Below, one piece after another: positions 30,957 to 39,708 of a stretch of DNA of 64,000 nt. A program made the translations under genes and the position numbers. How positions within the stretch are numbered: position 1 is the stretch's first letter; the number at the start of each line of letters is the position of its first letter. The stretch comes from Candidatus Magasanikiibacteriota bacterium (GTDB lineage: Bacteria > Patescibacteriota > Patescibacteriia > Magasanikbacterales > UBA922): the NCBI GenBank assembly GCA_021648085.1, contig JAKITS010000001.1, forward strand, positions 324,948 through 388,947. Reading direction: 5' to 3'. The notes under the pieces were generated by a model that did no database searches, was not told the DNA's origin, and saw only the letters and a program-made list of their open reading frames with translations.

Positions 30957-31838
30957 CTACTTTTTATCACTTAATATTACTGTGTTTGTATCTAAATCTT
31001 TATAATTAACACCAATAACATCCAAATCTCTAAATATAAACACACCGTCATCTTCTACACTTCCAACTTTAGACCAAACATTACGCAAAGAATTGTAATC
31101 TCCAGCCTCTTTTGACATTATTATTGTTGGAACAGACTTTATATTATATCTATCTATCAATTCCTGCCCCTCCAAATCTGAAATATCAACAAGTTTTTCA
31201 CTAGCAAATACAATTCCAAATCTTTGCAAAATAGGTTTTTGTGTCTGAACGACATCAAAACACACATCACAAGTCTTGTCAACTATATATATTGTATTTA
31301 CTAAACCAACCGTCTTGTTTGAAGTATTATCAAAGAAAGGAAGTTTTGTTTTTTCCCATACCAATGTTTTTTCTTCGAATAGTCGTAAATTATTTTTAAA
31401 CGCTCTTGATAACTTACTTTTTATATTTTCTTCAGACTGAAATATTAATGCGGGAAGTTTACTTATATTTAATTTTTTTATCAATTCTTTTGCTGTGTCA
31501 TCATTTGCAAAAATAACTTTGTCATCTAAAATTTCAATATTTTGCGCGAGTAAAACTGTTTTTTCTTCTAACATATCCCCACAACTCTCACAATCCAAAG
31601 GCTTAATAAGTGTCAAGGTTCCTTCTTGCGGTTTTGCAATATCAACCGCTTCGCCCAATTTACTGTTTACAGAAAAGGTAAATAGTGCCATTGCAATAAT
31701 ATTTACAACAACCACAATCGCAAAAAATATAATAAGGTTTCGTGTTAAATTCTTTTTCAATTTTGATAGAATTTTTATATTTTTATATTTTTTTTCACTA
31801 CAACAATCCACAATCTTTTTTTTATTTATATCTGTCAT
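30957..31838 (-). CDS. membrane-anchored thioredoxin-fold protein with two CxxC motifs (CESC, CDVC)
   Basis: N-terminal TM, then two repeats each carrying CxxC and a conserved cis-Pro context (KSVPTI). Confidence 0.55.
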   Translation of the reverse strand: MTDINKKKIVDCCSEKKYKNIKILSKLKKNLTRNLIIFFAIVVVVNIIAMALFTFSVNSKLGEAVDIAKPQEGTLTLIKPLDCESCGDMLEEKTVLLAQNIEILDDKVIFANDDTAKELIKKLNISKLPALIFQSEENIKSKLSRAFKNNLRLFEEKTLVWEKTKLPFFDNTSNKTVGLVNTIYIVDKTCDVCFDVVQTQKPILQRFGIVFASEKLVDISDLEGQELIDRYNIKSVPTIIMSKEAGDYNSLRNVWSKVGSVEDDGVFIFRDLDVIGVNYKDLDTNTVILSDKK

Positions 31839-31858
31839 ATTTTTTCTAATTAATTATC

Positions 31859-32044
31859 TTAACAACCACCAACCATTTCTGGCGATGAGCCATCATCTGT
31901 AAAACTAACAGAAGTAGGCGAAGAACCAATTCCAATCTCAGCCTCATTTATATTCTTGCTCATATCTACAAGCATAAATGTCTGATAAGATGATACCGCA
32001 ATTGCTAAAACCAACATTATAGTTAGAGTTTTTTGTGAAAACAT
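31859..32044 (-). CDS. small secreted or membrane protein ending in SPEMVGGC
   Basis: 61 aa. N-terminal hydrophobic segment. The C-terminal 6 codons are encoded by the same 17-nt string TTAACAACCACCAACCA that ends the next gene. Confidence 0.4.
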   Translation of the reverse strand: MFSQKTLTIMLVLAIAVSSYQTFMLVDMSKNINEAEIGIGSSPTSVSFTDDGSSPEMVGGC

Positions 32045-32065
32045 ATTTTATTATTTAGAAATTAA

Positions 32066-32794
32066 TTAACAACCACCAACCATTCCAGGTGATTTTATGT
32101 CTGGCTTAAATCCAGAATTTTTTGCTTTTTCTTTTAGATTTTTCAACTCATCTTCGCTCAAATTCATTGTCAAATACTTTATGTCTGAAGTAAATTTTTC
32201 AACCTCTCCAGAAAGTGAATTTGCCATACGCTCTTGCATTTGAGATGGAAAATACATTCCCTTTTGCCGCATAAGCTCATACGCAATTTCAGCATCCGTC
32301 ATTTCTGGATAATTTCTAATTAAATACGCAGCTGTGCCACGCATTGCAATAGAATGTGCACAACCACAGGTTGGAGAGCCATCTTTTCGCACCAAAGTTT
32401 TTACACCACAACAAAATTCACATGTAATATACGGCTCTGTCCCTATTTTTACATACCTTTCCATCTCCTCTTTATTCAATTCAATCGGATTAGAACCTTG
32501 CATTGGTGCCATTATAGACAACTTCTTTATAGATGCATTTATAGCGTTTATACTAGACATATCCAAACCAAGCTCTACTCCATAAAATGGCATTTCTGTT
32601 GGTGTCACTAAAATAGCAACATCTTTTGCAAAGTCTCCAGTCATAATCATACCGTCCATATTGTGAGAACCAATCATTTGTGAGCCTACCTGCATTGCAA
32701 GTGCCTGATTTGCTATCAGCACAAAACCAACCACAACAATTGCCACCTTTTGAAATAAAAGATGGATATTTTTATTTAAAACATATTTTTTCAT
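32066..32794 (-). CDS. Met/His- and Cys-rich putative metal-binding protein ending in SPGMVGGC
   Basis: Signal/TM N-terminus, Met-rich stretch (GSQMIGSHNMDGMIMTG), Cys cluster (CEFCCG...CGCAHS), C-terminal MVGGC. Confidence 0.55.
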   Translation of the reverse strand: MKKYVLNKNIHLLFQKVAIVVVGFVLIANQALAMQVGSQMIGSHNMDGMIMTGDFAKDVAILVTPTEMPFYGVELGLDMSSINAINASIKKLSIMAPMQGSNPIELNKEEMERYVKIGTEPYITCEFCCGVKTLVRKDGSPTCGCAHSIAMRGTAAYLIRNYPEMTDAEIAYELMRQKGMYFPSQMQERMANSLSGEVEKFTSDIKYLTMNLSEDELKNLKEKAKNSGFKPDIKSPGMVGGC

Positions 32795-32811
32795 ATAACA
32801 TATTTAATTAA

Positions 32812-33252
32812 TTACCAATCTCTACAACACGCAATAATTTGCTCAACTGTTTTTTTAATTTTTGGACTATTTCTCATAAAAAATAAACTCAAAAATATAA
32901 ACCAAACAATCAACAAAAATATAATCGTGTCAACCCAAAACTTATTTTGATCAAGAAAAAAAGCTATAAAAACAATAGATGACAATAAAAAAGGTAGTCT
33001 AAATATATGCCATTTATTTTTTAACTTTCTTTCCAATAAATAATAAAAACCTATCGTACTTTGCCCCATAAGAATTCCTATTACTAAAGGATTGTCAAAC
33101 AAGCCTTTCCAAAAAAGAAAAAGTAATACAATCCAAGCAATAGAAATACTTGCACAAATAGCACAGACCTTAAGTTTTATTATTTGTTTTATAATCAAAA
33201 TTAATAAAAATAAAACTGTAATTAAGACTATTGCAACAATTAGTGAATTCAT
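32812..33252 (-). CDS. small polytopic membrane protein with CAIC motif in TM and C-terminal CC
   Basis: 146 aa, 4 TM. Sits in the copper/redox operon. Confidence 0.45.
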   Translation of the reverse strand: MNSLIVAIVLITVLFLLILIIKQIIKLKVCAICASISIAWIVLLFLFWKGLFDNPLVIGILMGQSTIGFYYLLERKLKNKWHIFRLPFLLSSIVFIAFFLDQNKFWVDTIIFLLIVWFIFLSLFFMRNSPKIKKTVEQIIACCRDW

Positions 33253-33776
33253 AGTGTCAATTGCACAATTAAAGAGAACAAAACCAAAAGACTAAATGTA
33301 ATAATAATGCCTTGATAAGGAATTAACTTTCCATTACGCTTTTCTTTTATATACATACTCAAATACGGAGATGCGTACATAATCAAAGTTCCAACAATAA
33401 CACCAACAATAAATTTATTGTACATATAAGTACGGTTCAAAAGAGATCCGTATTCACCAAATAAATATAAATTGAAAGATTGATATTCTGTAATTAACGG
33501 CATAATTGGAATAATTGTAGACAAAAAAACAAGAGTAATAATTATCTGTTTTTGATATTTTATATATTGTTTTTTTACTATTCTCTCTATCCACAAACTA
33601 AGTGCCAAAGCAAAAGCTCCTATAAACATACCGACAATAATAGTAGACACACCCAAATATGCAGCACCGACAGCAAGCGCGCCCGCGCCCGCTGTACACA
33701 GCGGACAATGGGCTTTTGCAATAGTTGGCACAAACAAACCGATAGAAAGAAATGATACAGCTATTTTTTTATTCAT
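33249..33776 (-). CDS. membrane protein with N-terminal HCPLC motif
   Basis: 175 aa. CxxC at the start of the first TM region. Overlaps its neighbours by 4 nt. Confidence 0.45.
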   Translation of the reverse strand: MNKKIAVSFLSIGLFVPTIAKAHCPLCTAGAGALAVGAAYLGVSTIIVGMFIGAFALALSLWIERIVKKQYIKYQKQIIITLVFLSTIIPIMPLITEYQSFNLYLFGEYGSLLNRTYMYNKFIVGVIVGTLIMYASPYLSMYIKEKRNGKLIPYQGIIITFSLLVLFSLIVQLTL

Positions 33777-33785
33777 ATTTTAAAA

Positions 33786-34271
33786 TTACAACTGCATAAA
33801 TTCTGAAGTTCCACCATCATCCATTTGGTAAATTGTAAACAATCCCTTTTTTGAACCTGGCATCCCAGGAGAACCAACTGGCATTCCAGGCATTGCAATT
33901 CCATTTACACTAGGTTTTTCTTCCAAAAGTTTATTTACAGCCTTAACTGGAATATGACCTTCTACAACATAACCATCGTTTATTATTGTTGTATGACAAC
34001 TCTCCATATTTCCTGGTATATTATGTTCATTTTTTATTGTATCCATATCATCTGTTTCTATCATTTCCACTTCAAATCCATTGCGACGAAGATATGAGAC
34101 ATAGTTTGCACAACAACCACAGCTTGGAGATTTATAAACTGTAGCTGTTTTTGCAGACACATTTTCTACACCACCACTAACTCCTTTTTTTGTTATTCCA
34201 ATTCCAGAAATCCAAGCCCCAAATACTAATACTGCAACAGACAAACCAATAATTTTTGTTTTCTTTTTCAT
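33786..34271 (-). CDS. DUF411/CopG-like periplasmic copper-binding protein
   Basis: SPSCGCC and ESCHT motifs plus MPGMPVGSPGMPG Met-Pro repeats. Typical of copper-resistance-operon DUF411 proteins. Confidence 0.65.
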   Translation of the reverse strand: MKKKTKIIGLSVAVLVFGAWISGIGITKKGVSGGVENVSAKTATVYKSPSCGCCANYVSYLRRNGFEVEMIETDDMDTIKNEHNIPGNMESCHTTIINDGYVVEGHIPVKAVNKLLEEKPSVNGIAMPGMPVGSPGMPGSKKGLFTIYQMDDGGTSEFMQL

Positions 34272-34367
34272 AACTTTAAACTTAAATAATTAATAAATTA
34301 TATATAAATATAATTTTATATATCAAAAAAACCATACCCTAAAAAAACAAGAGTATAGATCTAAAAA

Positions 34368-34748
34368 TTACCAAGTTTTTGGATGAAGTATGCCTATCTT
34401 AAATAGACGAGAAAAATAATTGAAAAAGCTGAAATCACCAAAGCGTGACCGAACTCGTTTTAAATATAAATAAAAATTATCATTTTTTAGCGAACTAAAA
34501 ATAAATGATAGAAAAATAGAAAAAACTAAAGAAAAAAGTATTTTTTCAAATGGATTGGAAGTTAAAACAAAATCATACATATGCATTCCCAAATTTACTG
34601 TATATTGCTCTGTGCAACAAGGCATATCATGGTCTGAAGAATTTTGCATACCAGAAAAAGCCATAGCAACAGAACCACCAAAACAAGAAACTATAAGAGC
34701 TATAAATACTCCTATTGAGAATAAGATTTTCCAATTCATTTTTTTCAT
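34368..34748 (-). CDS. hypothetical membrane protein with MPCC motif
   Basis: 126-aa ORF with N-terminal TM. First gene of the island. Confidence 0.4.
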   Translation of the reverse strand: MKKMNWKILFSIGVFIALIVSCFGGSVAMAFSGMQNSSDHDMPCCTEQYTVNLGMHMYDFVLTSNPFEKILFSLVFSIFLSFIFSSLKNDNFYLYLKRVRSRFGDFSFFNYFSRLFKIGILHPKTW

Positions 34749-34793
34749 AGTCTATATATTATAACAAATTTTTTAAAAAGTACAATGCTTTTA

Positions 34794-34832
34794 AAACAAA
34801 AACAAACCTATTCAAAGGTTTGTTTTTGTTTT
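34794..34832. terminator. long hairpin terminator AAACAAAAACAAACC-loop-GGTTTGTTTTTGTTT
   Basis: 15-bp stem. A near-identical stem recurs at 41666-41702. Confidence 0.65.
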
Positions 34833-34840
34833 AAAAGTTT

Positions 34841-36268
34841 TTATCTTGCAACTCTTGCTCTACTACGATAATTCCCATTACTTCTTTTACCTTGGTTTTG
34901 ACCGTTTCCAGCACTTCTTTTTTTTCTACCAAATCCAGAACCAGAACTTGAAGAGCTAGGTCCAGTTTTTGCATAACTAGAACCTCTTCTTTTGTGTCTA
35001 GAATAAGAATTTCCTCCACTATTTCCTCCTCCGCCACTTCTTCTGTTTCTACCTCTATATCCACCGCCATTGCTTCTGGCATATGAACTTCTACCTGAAC
35101 CACTAAACTCTGGTTCATAAGCTAATTTTGGTCTTGCTTCTGGAAGATCTGGAAGATCCAACATTGGCAATTTCTTGCGCATTAGTCTCTCGATTTTTCT
35201 AACATCATTTCTTTGAGAAGGATTTACAAAAGAAATTGCTTTTCCAGAGCGCCCTGCTCTACCGGTTCTACCGATACGATGAACATAATCTTCTGTACAA
35301 TCTGGCAAATCGAAGTTAATTACCAATGAAATATGTCTTACATCAATTCCACGAGCAGCAATGTCTGTAGCTACCATTACGCGAAATCTTTTGTTTGTAA
35401 AACCATCCAAAGCAGTTCTTCTTTGTGCCTGAGAGCGGTTAGAGTGAATTTCTGTTGCAGTGTGCCCCATTCCGCGGATATCACGAGCGATACGCTTTGC
35501 ACCGTGTTTTGTACGAGAAAAGATAAGAACTGTATTAGATTTATATTCTTCCAAAAGTGCATCGAGCAAACGCATTTTGTTGTTTTTAGCAATCATAAAA
35601 AGTTCATGCTCAATGTTTTCAGCAGAAGTTCCCTGCTGTGCAATTTCAACCCTCATTGGCATATTCATAAATTCTCCTGCAAGAGATGCGATCGATTTCG
35701 GCATAGTTGCAGAAAATAACATAGTCTGTCTTTTTGCTGGAGCAGTTGATAAAATTTTCTTAATCTGTGGCAAAAACCCATCGTCAAGCATTCTGTCTGC
35801 CTCGTCCAATGTCACCATTGTCAACCTATTAAGTTTGTAAACTCCTTGTTTTATCAAGTCGTCCAAACGCCCAGGAGTAGCAACCACAATATGTGGATTG
35901 CGTTTCAAATCCTTTTTCTGTAGATATTGAGAAGCTCCGCCAATTACAACAGCTGTCTGAAGTCCAAGCGGACCACCAACATCTTTTAATGCTCTTTCTA
36001 CTTGAATAGCAAGCTCACGAGTAGGTACCAAAATAAGTCCTTGTCCGTTTGAGTTGATAAGGTGATTTATCATTGGAATACCAAAAGCCAAGGTTTTACC
36101 TGTACCAGTTTGCGCAATACCAATCACATCTCTTCCTTCCAAAGCTCCAGGAATAACATGACTTTGAATAGGTGTTGGGATGTTAAACCCCTTTTTTGTA
36201 AGAATAGAAAGAAATCTCTCGTCTATCCCAAGGTCGCAAAAACGACCTGTTTTTTGTTCTTTTTGCAT
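34841..36268 (-). CDS. DEAD-box ATP-dependent RNA helicase with Gly/Arg/Ser-rich C-terminal tail
   Basis: Q motif, AQTGTGKT, DEAD, SAT, HRIGRTGRAG. 475 aa. Confidence 0.92.
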   Translation of the reverse strand: MQKEQKTGRFCDLGIDERFLSILTKKGFNIPTPIQSHVIPGALEGRDVIGIAQTGTGKTLAFGIPMINHLINSNGQGLILVPTRELAIQVERALKDVGGPLGLQTAVVIGGASQYLQKKDLKRNPHIVVATPGRLDDLIKQGVYKLNRLTMVTLDEADRMLDDGFLPQIKKILSTAPAKRQTMLFSATMPKSIASLAGEFMNMPMRVEIAQQGTSAENIEHELFMIAKNNKMRLLDALLEEYKSNTVLIFSRTKHGAKRIARDIRGMGHTATEIHSNRSQAQRRTALDGFTNKRFRVMVATDIAARGIDVRHISLVINFDLPDCTEDYVHRIGRTGRAGRSGKAISFVNPSQRNDVRKIERLMRKKLPMLDLPDLPEARPKLAYEPEFSGSGRSSYARSNGGGYRGRNRRSGGGGNSGGNSYSRHKRRGSSYAKTGPSSSSSGSGFGRKKRSAGNGQNQGKRSNGNYRSRARVAR

Positions 36269-36416
36269 ATATATATTGGGTTTTTATCTAAATATTGTAA
36301 TATATTTAGGCAAAACCACTTATGACCCAATTTTCTCCTAGGCCATATATTGACACAAAAAGACTCGAGTCGCTTTGAGCAATCACCCAAAGCATTAATT
36401 TAAAGTACATTATAAC

Positions 36417-36446
36417 AAAAAAACCTTGAAATGTCAAGGTTTTTTG
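36417..36446 (-). terminator. terminator AAAAACCTTGA-aatg-TCAAGGTTTTTT
   Basis: Palindrome with T-run just after the cupin gene stop. Confidence 0.7.
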
Positions 36447-36458
36447 TTTAAATTCAGC

Positions 36459-36848
36459 TTAATTTTCTGTTGTCACCCCATCAAAGTGCTCTTCTACTTC
36501 TTCTAACTTTGTTTTATGGACAGTGCCATCTTTGTGTTCTGGTGGAGAATAAATTGAATAAACTTTAAGCTCAGACTCTCCAATATTTATAACATTGTGT
36601 TCTGTTCCAGCAGGTATTACTACAGCAAAATCATCTTTTAAAACACTTTCAACACCATCTAAAACAACTTTCGCCTCTCCCTGTTCTACTCTGATAAACT
36701 GATCCAGCTCATGAACTTCGCTTCCAATTTCATCGCCTGGCTGTATATTCATAACAACCAATTGACTACTTTTTGAAGTGTAGAGAACTCTTCGATAATC
36801 ATTATTTTCAAGTGTTTCTTTTTCTATATTTACAATATAACCTTTCAT
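36459..36848 (-). CDS. cupin-domain protein
   Basis: Cupin_2-like motifs G(x)5HxH...E and PxGxxHxxxN (EVHELDQ ... IPAGTEHNVIN). Confidence 0.7.
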   Translation of the reverse strand: MKGYIVNIEKETLENNDYRRVLYTSKSSQLVVMNIQPGDEIGSEVHELDQFIRVEQGEAKVVLDGVESVLKDDFAVVIPAGTEHNVINIGESELKVYSIYSPPEHKDGTVHKTKLEEVEEHFDGVTTEN

Positions 36849-36934
36849 AAAATTTTATTATTTATTTATACTTTTAGACTAACACAGAAATATCATCTTT
36901 ACAATCTTAATTTTTAAAAAATCCGTGAAGATTC

Positions 36935-38389
36935 TTACAAAAATCTTCCCAAATCCAACTCATTATTAAATCTAATTTTTTTTACAAAATCTGGCATATG
37001 GCTAATCAAAATGATAGTTCCTTCATAATTATTTATAGCTTTTGCTATCACAGGAATATGGCGGAAGTTGATGTGGTTTGTAGGCTCATCCAAAATCAAA
37101 AGTCCAGGTTTCATAAGCGCTAAGCGTGCAAAAGACAATAAACCTTTTTGACCTTCAGACAAATGGGAGATTTTTGATCCCATCAATTCACCAGTAATCA
37201 AAAATCCAGCAGCAATAGCACGCATATCTTGTACGTCGAATCCATCTGCCAACACACTTTCCAAAGAGTCAAAAACAGTCTGATCATAATCCAAAGTTGC
37301 AAAATCTTGACTATAATAACCAATTTTAACTCCTTCCAAAATAACTGCACCATCATTTGTATTTGTAAGCAAAGAGCGCAAAAGTGTACTTTTTCCCACA
37401 CCGTTTGGTCCAGATACAAAAAGCCTATCTTTTTGTCTCAACAAAATATCTACCTCTTTTTCTATTGGCTCATGATTTTTTATCACTTTTACAGAATTCA
37501 AAGTGACTATTTTACCCACAATTTCCTGATTTGGAATATTAAAATCTCTAATAGTTTTATCTTCGCGTCTCACATCTACCTTGTTATCTTCCATATCTCT
37601 CACCTCTTCTTTCAATTTACTCGCCAATTTACGCATTTTCCCACCTTTATTTGCAAAAAAGTTAACTTTTTCTTTATTATCTTTTATTTGTTTCTGCAAT
37701 TGAGCATTTTTCTTTTTCTCTCTTTCAACCCTATTTTTTATCTCTTCTACCACAGTATAATAGTCGCCAACATAAGATTCTATTTTTTTAGTAAATACAT
37801 CCAAATATATCACTCCCTCGGTAAAACAGTTCAAAAAGTCTGCATCATGAGAAATCACAATCACAGTTTTGTCGTACATTATCAAAAATTGTATCAAACT
37901 GTCTATTCCTTCGGTATCCAAATTATTTGTAGGCTCATCCAAAAGCAAAACATCTGGATTTTGTATAAGCGCGTATGCTAGCAAAATTCTAGCTTGCTGA
38001 CCACCAGATAGATCCCCCACTTTTCTCTCAAGCGGTATATCCAAATTCACAGCATTCATTACTCTACTTATGTGACTTCTGATATTTCCAGGAACTTCCA
38101 CAAAAGCTGTTCCAAAATATTCTTCTATTGTTAACGCTAAATCCTCTTTATTTACCACTTGCAAAGATGTTCCTATGGTTATGTTATCATCTATATGAAC
38201 ACTTCCTTTCGTTGGCTTCAATTCCTTTTTTATTAGTTTAAAAAGTGTACTTTTTCCAGCTCCGTTTTGCCCCATTAATGTCACTTTTGAACCTTTACGC
38301 AAACTAAAAGAAGCCTCGTTCAAAACAGGCTTTTTTTCTACATATTCAAATTTTACATCATCAAATCTCAAAATTACGTTTTCTGCCAT
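36935..38389 (-). CDS. ABC-F family ATPase (two ABC cassettes, no TMD; translation-associated, Uup/EttA/ARE-like)
   Basis: Two Walker A (GQNGAGKST, GPNGVGKST), two LSGGQ-like (LSGGQQAR, LSEGQKGL) and two Walker B motifs, with a charged inter-domain linker. Confidence 0.88.
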   Translation of the reverse strand: MAENVILRFDDVKFEYVEKKPVLNEASFSLRKGSKVTLMGQNGAGKSTLFKLIKKELKPTKGSVHIDDNITIGTSLQVVNKEDLALTIEEYFGTAFVEVPGNIRSHISRVMNAVNLDIPLERKVGDLSGGQQARILLAYALIQNPDVLLLDEPTNNLDTEGIDSLIQFLIMYDKTVIVISHDADFLNCFTEGVIYLDVFTKKIESYVGDYYTVVEEIKNRVEREKKKNAQLQKQIKDNKEKVNFFANKGGKMRKLASKLKEEVRDMEDNKVDVRREDKTIRDFNIPNQEIVGKIVTLNSVKVIKNHEPIEKEVDILLRQKDRLFVSGPNGVGKSTLLRSLLTNTNDGAVILEGVKIGYYSQDFATLDYDQTVFDSLESVLADGFDVQDMRAIAAGFLITGELMGSKISHLSEGQKGLLSFARLALMKPGLLILDEPTNHINFRHIPVIAKAINNYEGTIILISHMPDFVKKIRFNNELDLGRFL

Positions 38390-38412
38390 AGTAGATAATA
38401 GTTTTATAAAGA

Positions 38413-38440
38413 AAATCTATGATATATTTATCATAGATTT
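38413..38440. promoter_or_regulatory. perfect 12-bp inverted repeat AAATCTATGATA-tatt-TATCATAGATTT in the ABC-F leader
   Basis: Lies 24-51 nt upstream of the ABC-F start codon. Candidate operator or leader hairpin. Confidence 0.45.
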
Positions 38441-38539
38441 CTTAGGAAATGATAACATTATTTTGTGCTTTTGTCAATGTTTTGGATTAAAAAACAAACC
38501 GAAAAGCAGACCCTCAATGCTGGAAATAACAAAAAAACA

Positions 38540-38569
38540 AATAGTGTATTACTTAATACACTATTTTTT
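38540..38569 (-). terminator. terminator AATAGTGTATTA-ct-TAATACACTATTTTTT
   Basis: Perfect palindrome plus T-run at the methyltransferase stop. Confidence 0.65.
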
Positions 38570-39146
38570 ATTTTAATAAAAAAGTTAGGATTTCACCGTT
38601 ATCACCAAAAGATTCTTTATTTATTATATTTATACTTGTAAAAACATTATTTAAAAGTTCATCTAATTCTTTAAAATAAATAGCAATTCCGGGTTTATCT
38701 TTTTTTGTATATTCAATATTTTTATATAAAACTGGAGTTATTAATACAAAAGAAGAATTTTCATTCATCATCTTTTTTACTATTTTTAGGAATTTACTTT
38801 TGTTTTTAATAAATGCTAAAACTAATTTACAAAAAATAACATCTGCTTTTTTATATATATTAAGATTTTCCAAATCCATTTGAATTAACTCTGCTTTCAG
38901 ACCAAGTTTATCTAGGTTTTGTTTTGCTTTTTCCAAAGCTACTTTTGAAAAATCTATTCCAACGACACTAAATCCTTTTTTTATAAAACTAATAAGAGAA
39001 TCCCCCGGTCCACAACCTAAATCTATTAATGTTTTTGGAGATTCCCCTGTTTTTTTATTTATCTCAAGTAAAAGTTTATTTAAAAATTCCTCATTTATGG
39101 GTCTATATTTAGCTCCTTCACTATACAATTTATTCCATTTATCCAT
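38568..39146 (-). CDS. class I SAM-dependent methyltransferase
   Basis: Motif I LIDLGCGPGDSL and acidic motif II (VVGIDFS). Confidence 0.8.
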   Translation of the reverse strand: MDKWNKLYSEGAKYRPINEEFLNKLLLEINKKTGESPKTLIDLGCGPGDSLISFIKKGFSVVGIDFSKVALEKAKQNLDKLGLKAELIQMDLENLNIYKKADVIFCKLVLAFIKNKSKFLKIVKKMMNENSSFVLITPVLYKNIEYTKKDKPGIAIYFKELDELLNNVFTSINIINKESFGDNGEILTFLLK

Positions 39147-39213
39147 AAAAAAATATTATCTAATATAAACAAAAAATACTATCTTTTATTTTAAACTTTT
39201 TTTATTTTTATTG

Positions 39214-39516
39214 CTAATACACCAAAATCTTTTTCTTGTTCTGGTGTGTAAAACTTACAATACACATTTGCGCTTTTTTTTCAGTTTTTTTATCTGGAAT
39301 TACATTTTCTAACCCCTCACTCTTTATCATTTCTTTAAAACTAATATAGGAATTCTTTTCTATCACCTCAAATTTTTCTTGTTCATTTACAACCAAAATA
39401 TCACCCAGATTTATTTGAGCAAACTTACCTTTGTTTAACCTACCTTCTACAGTTTTTTGTCCACTTACAATAAAACTATAGTACGGTTCTTGCACATTTA
39501 TTTTTACTATTGTCAT
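39214..39516 (-). CDS. ASCH/PUA-like small domain protein
   Basis: 100 aa. EGRLNKGKF beta-barrel signature. Confidence 0.5.
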   Translation of the reverse strand: MTIVKINVQEPYYSFIVSGQKTVEGRLNKGKFAQINLGDILVVNEQEKFEVIEKNSYISFKEMIKSEGLENVIPDKKTEKKAQMCIVSFTHQNKKKILVY

Positions 39517-39589
39517 ATTTTAGTTGTTTAATATAATTTAAATTAGTTCATTTTAGACATAAAATCAAGGAATTCAAAAAGTTAGAACT

Positions 39590-39637
39590 TTCGAATCCAT
39601 GCCGAGAGTGAAGCAGTTCACTCTCTCCTCTCTTCAC
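39590..39637. repeat. partial copy of the tRNA-linked repeat (TTCGAATCCatGCC plus hairpin GAGAGTGAA-gcag-TTCACTCTC plus CTCTCTTCAC)
   Basis: Shares TTCGAATCC-hairpin-CTCTC..TTCAC architecture with the units at 41583-41665 and 60791-61024. Confidence 0.5.
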
Positions 39638-39708
39638 AAATAAGAACTGTTTCCGAACTTTTTTAACCAAATTAAAATAAAACGTAATTATTTAGTTGTT
39701 GCAAAATA

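Noticed and set aside
34831-35118. 95-aa ORF overlapping the 3' part of the DEAD-box helicase gene
   Set aside because: It is an alternative frame of the Gly/Arg-rich tail region (low-complexity GC-rich codons). The helicase frame is the real one.
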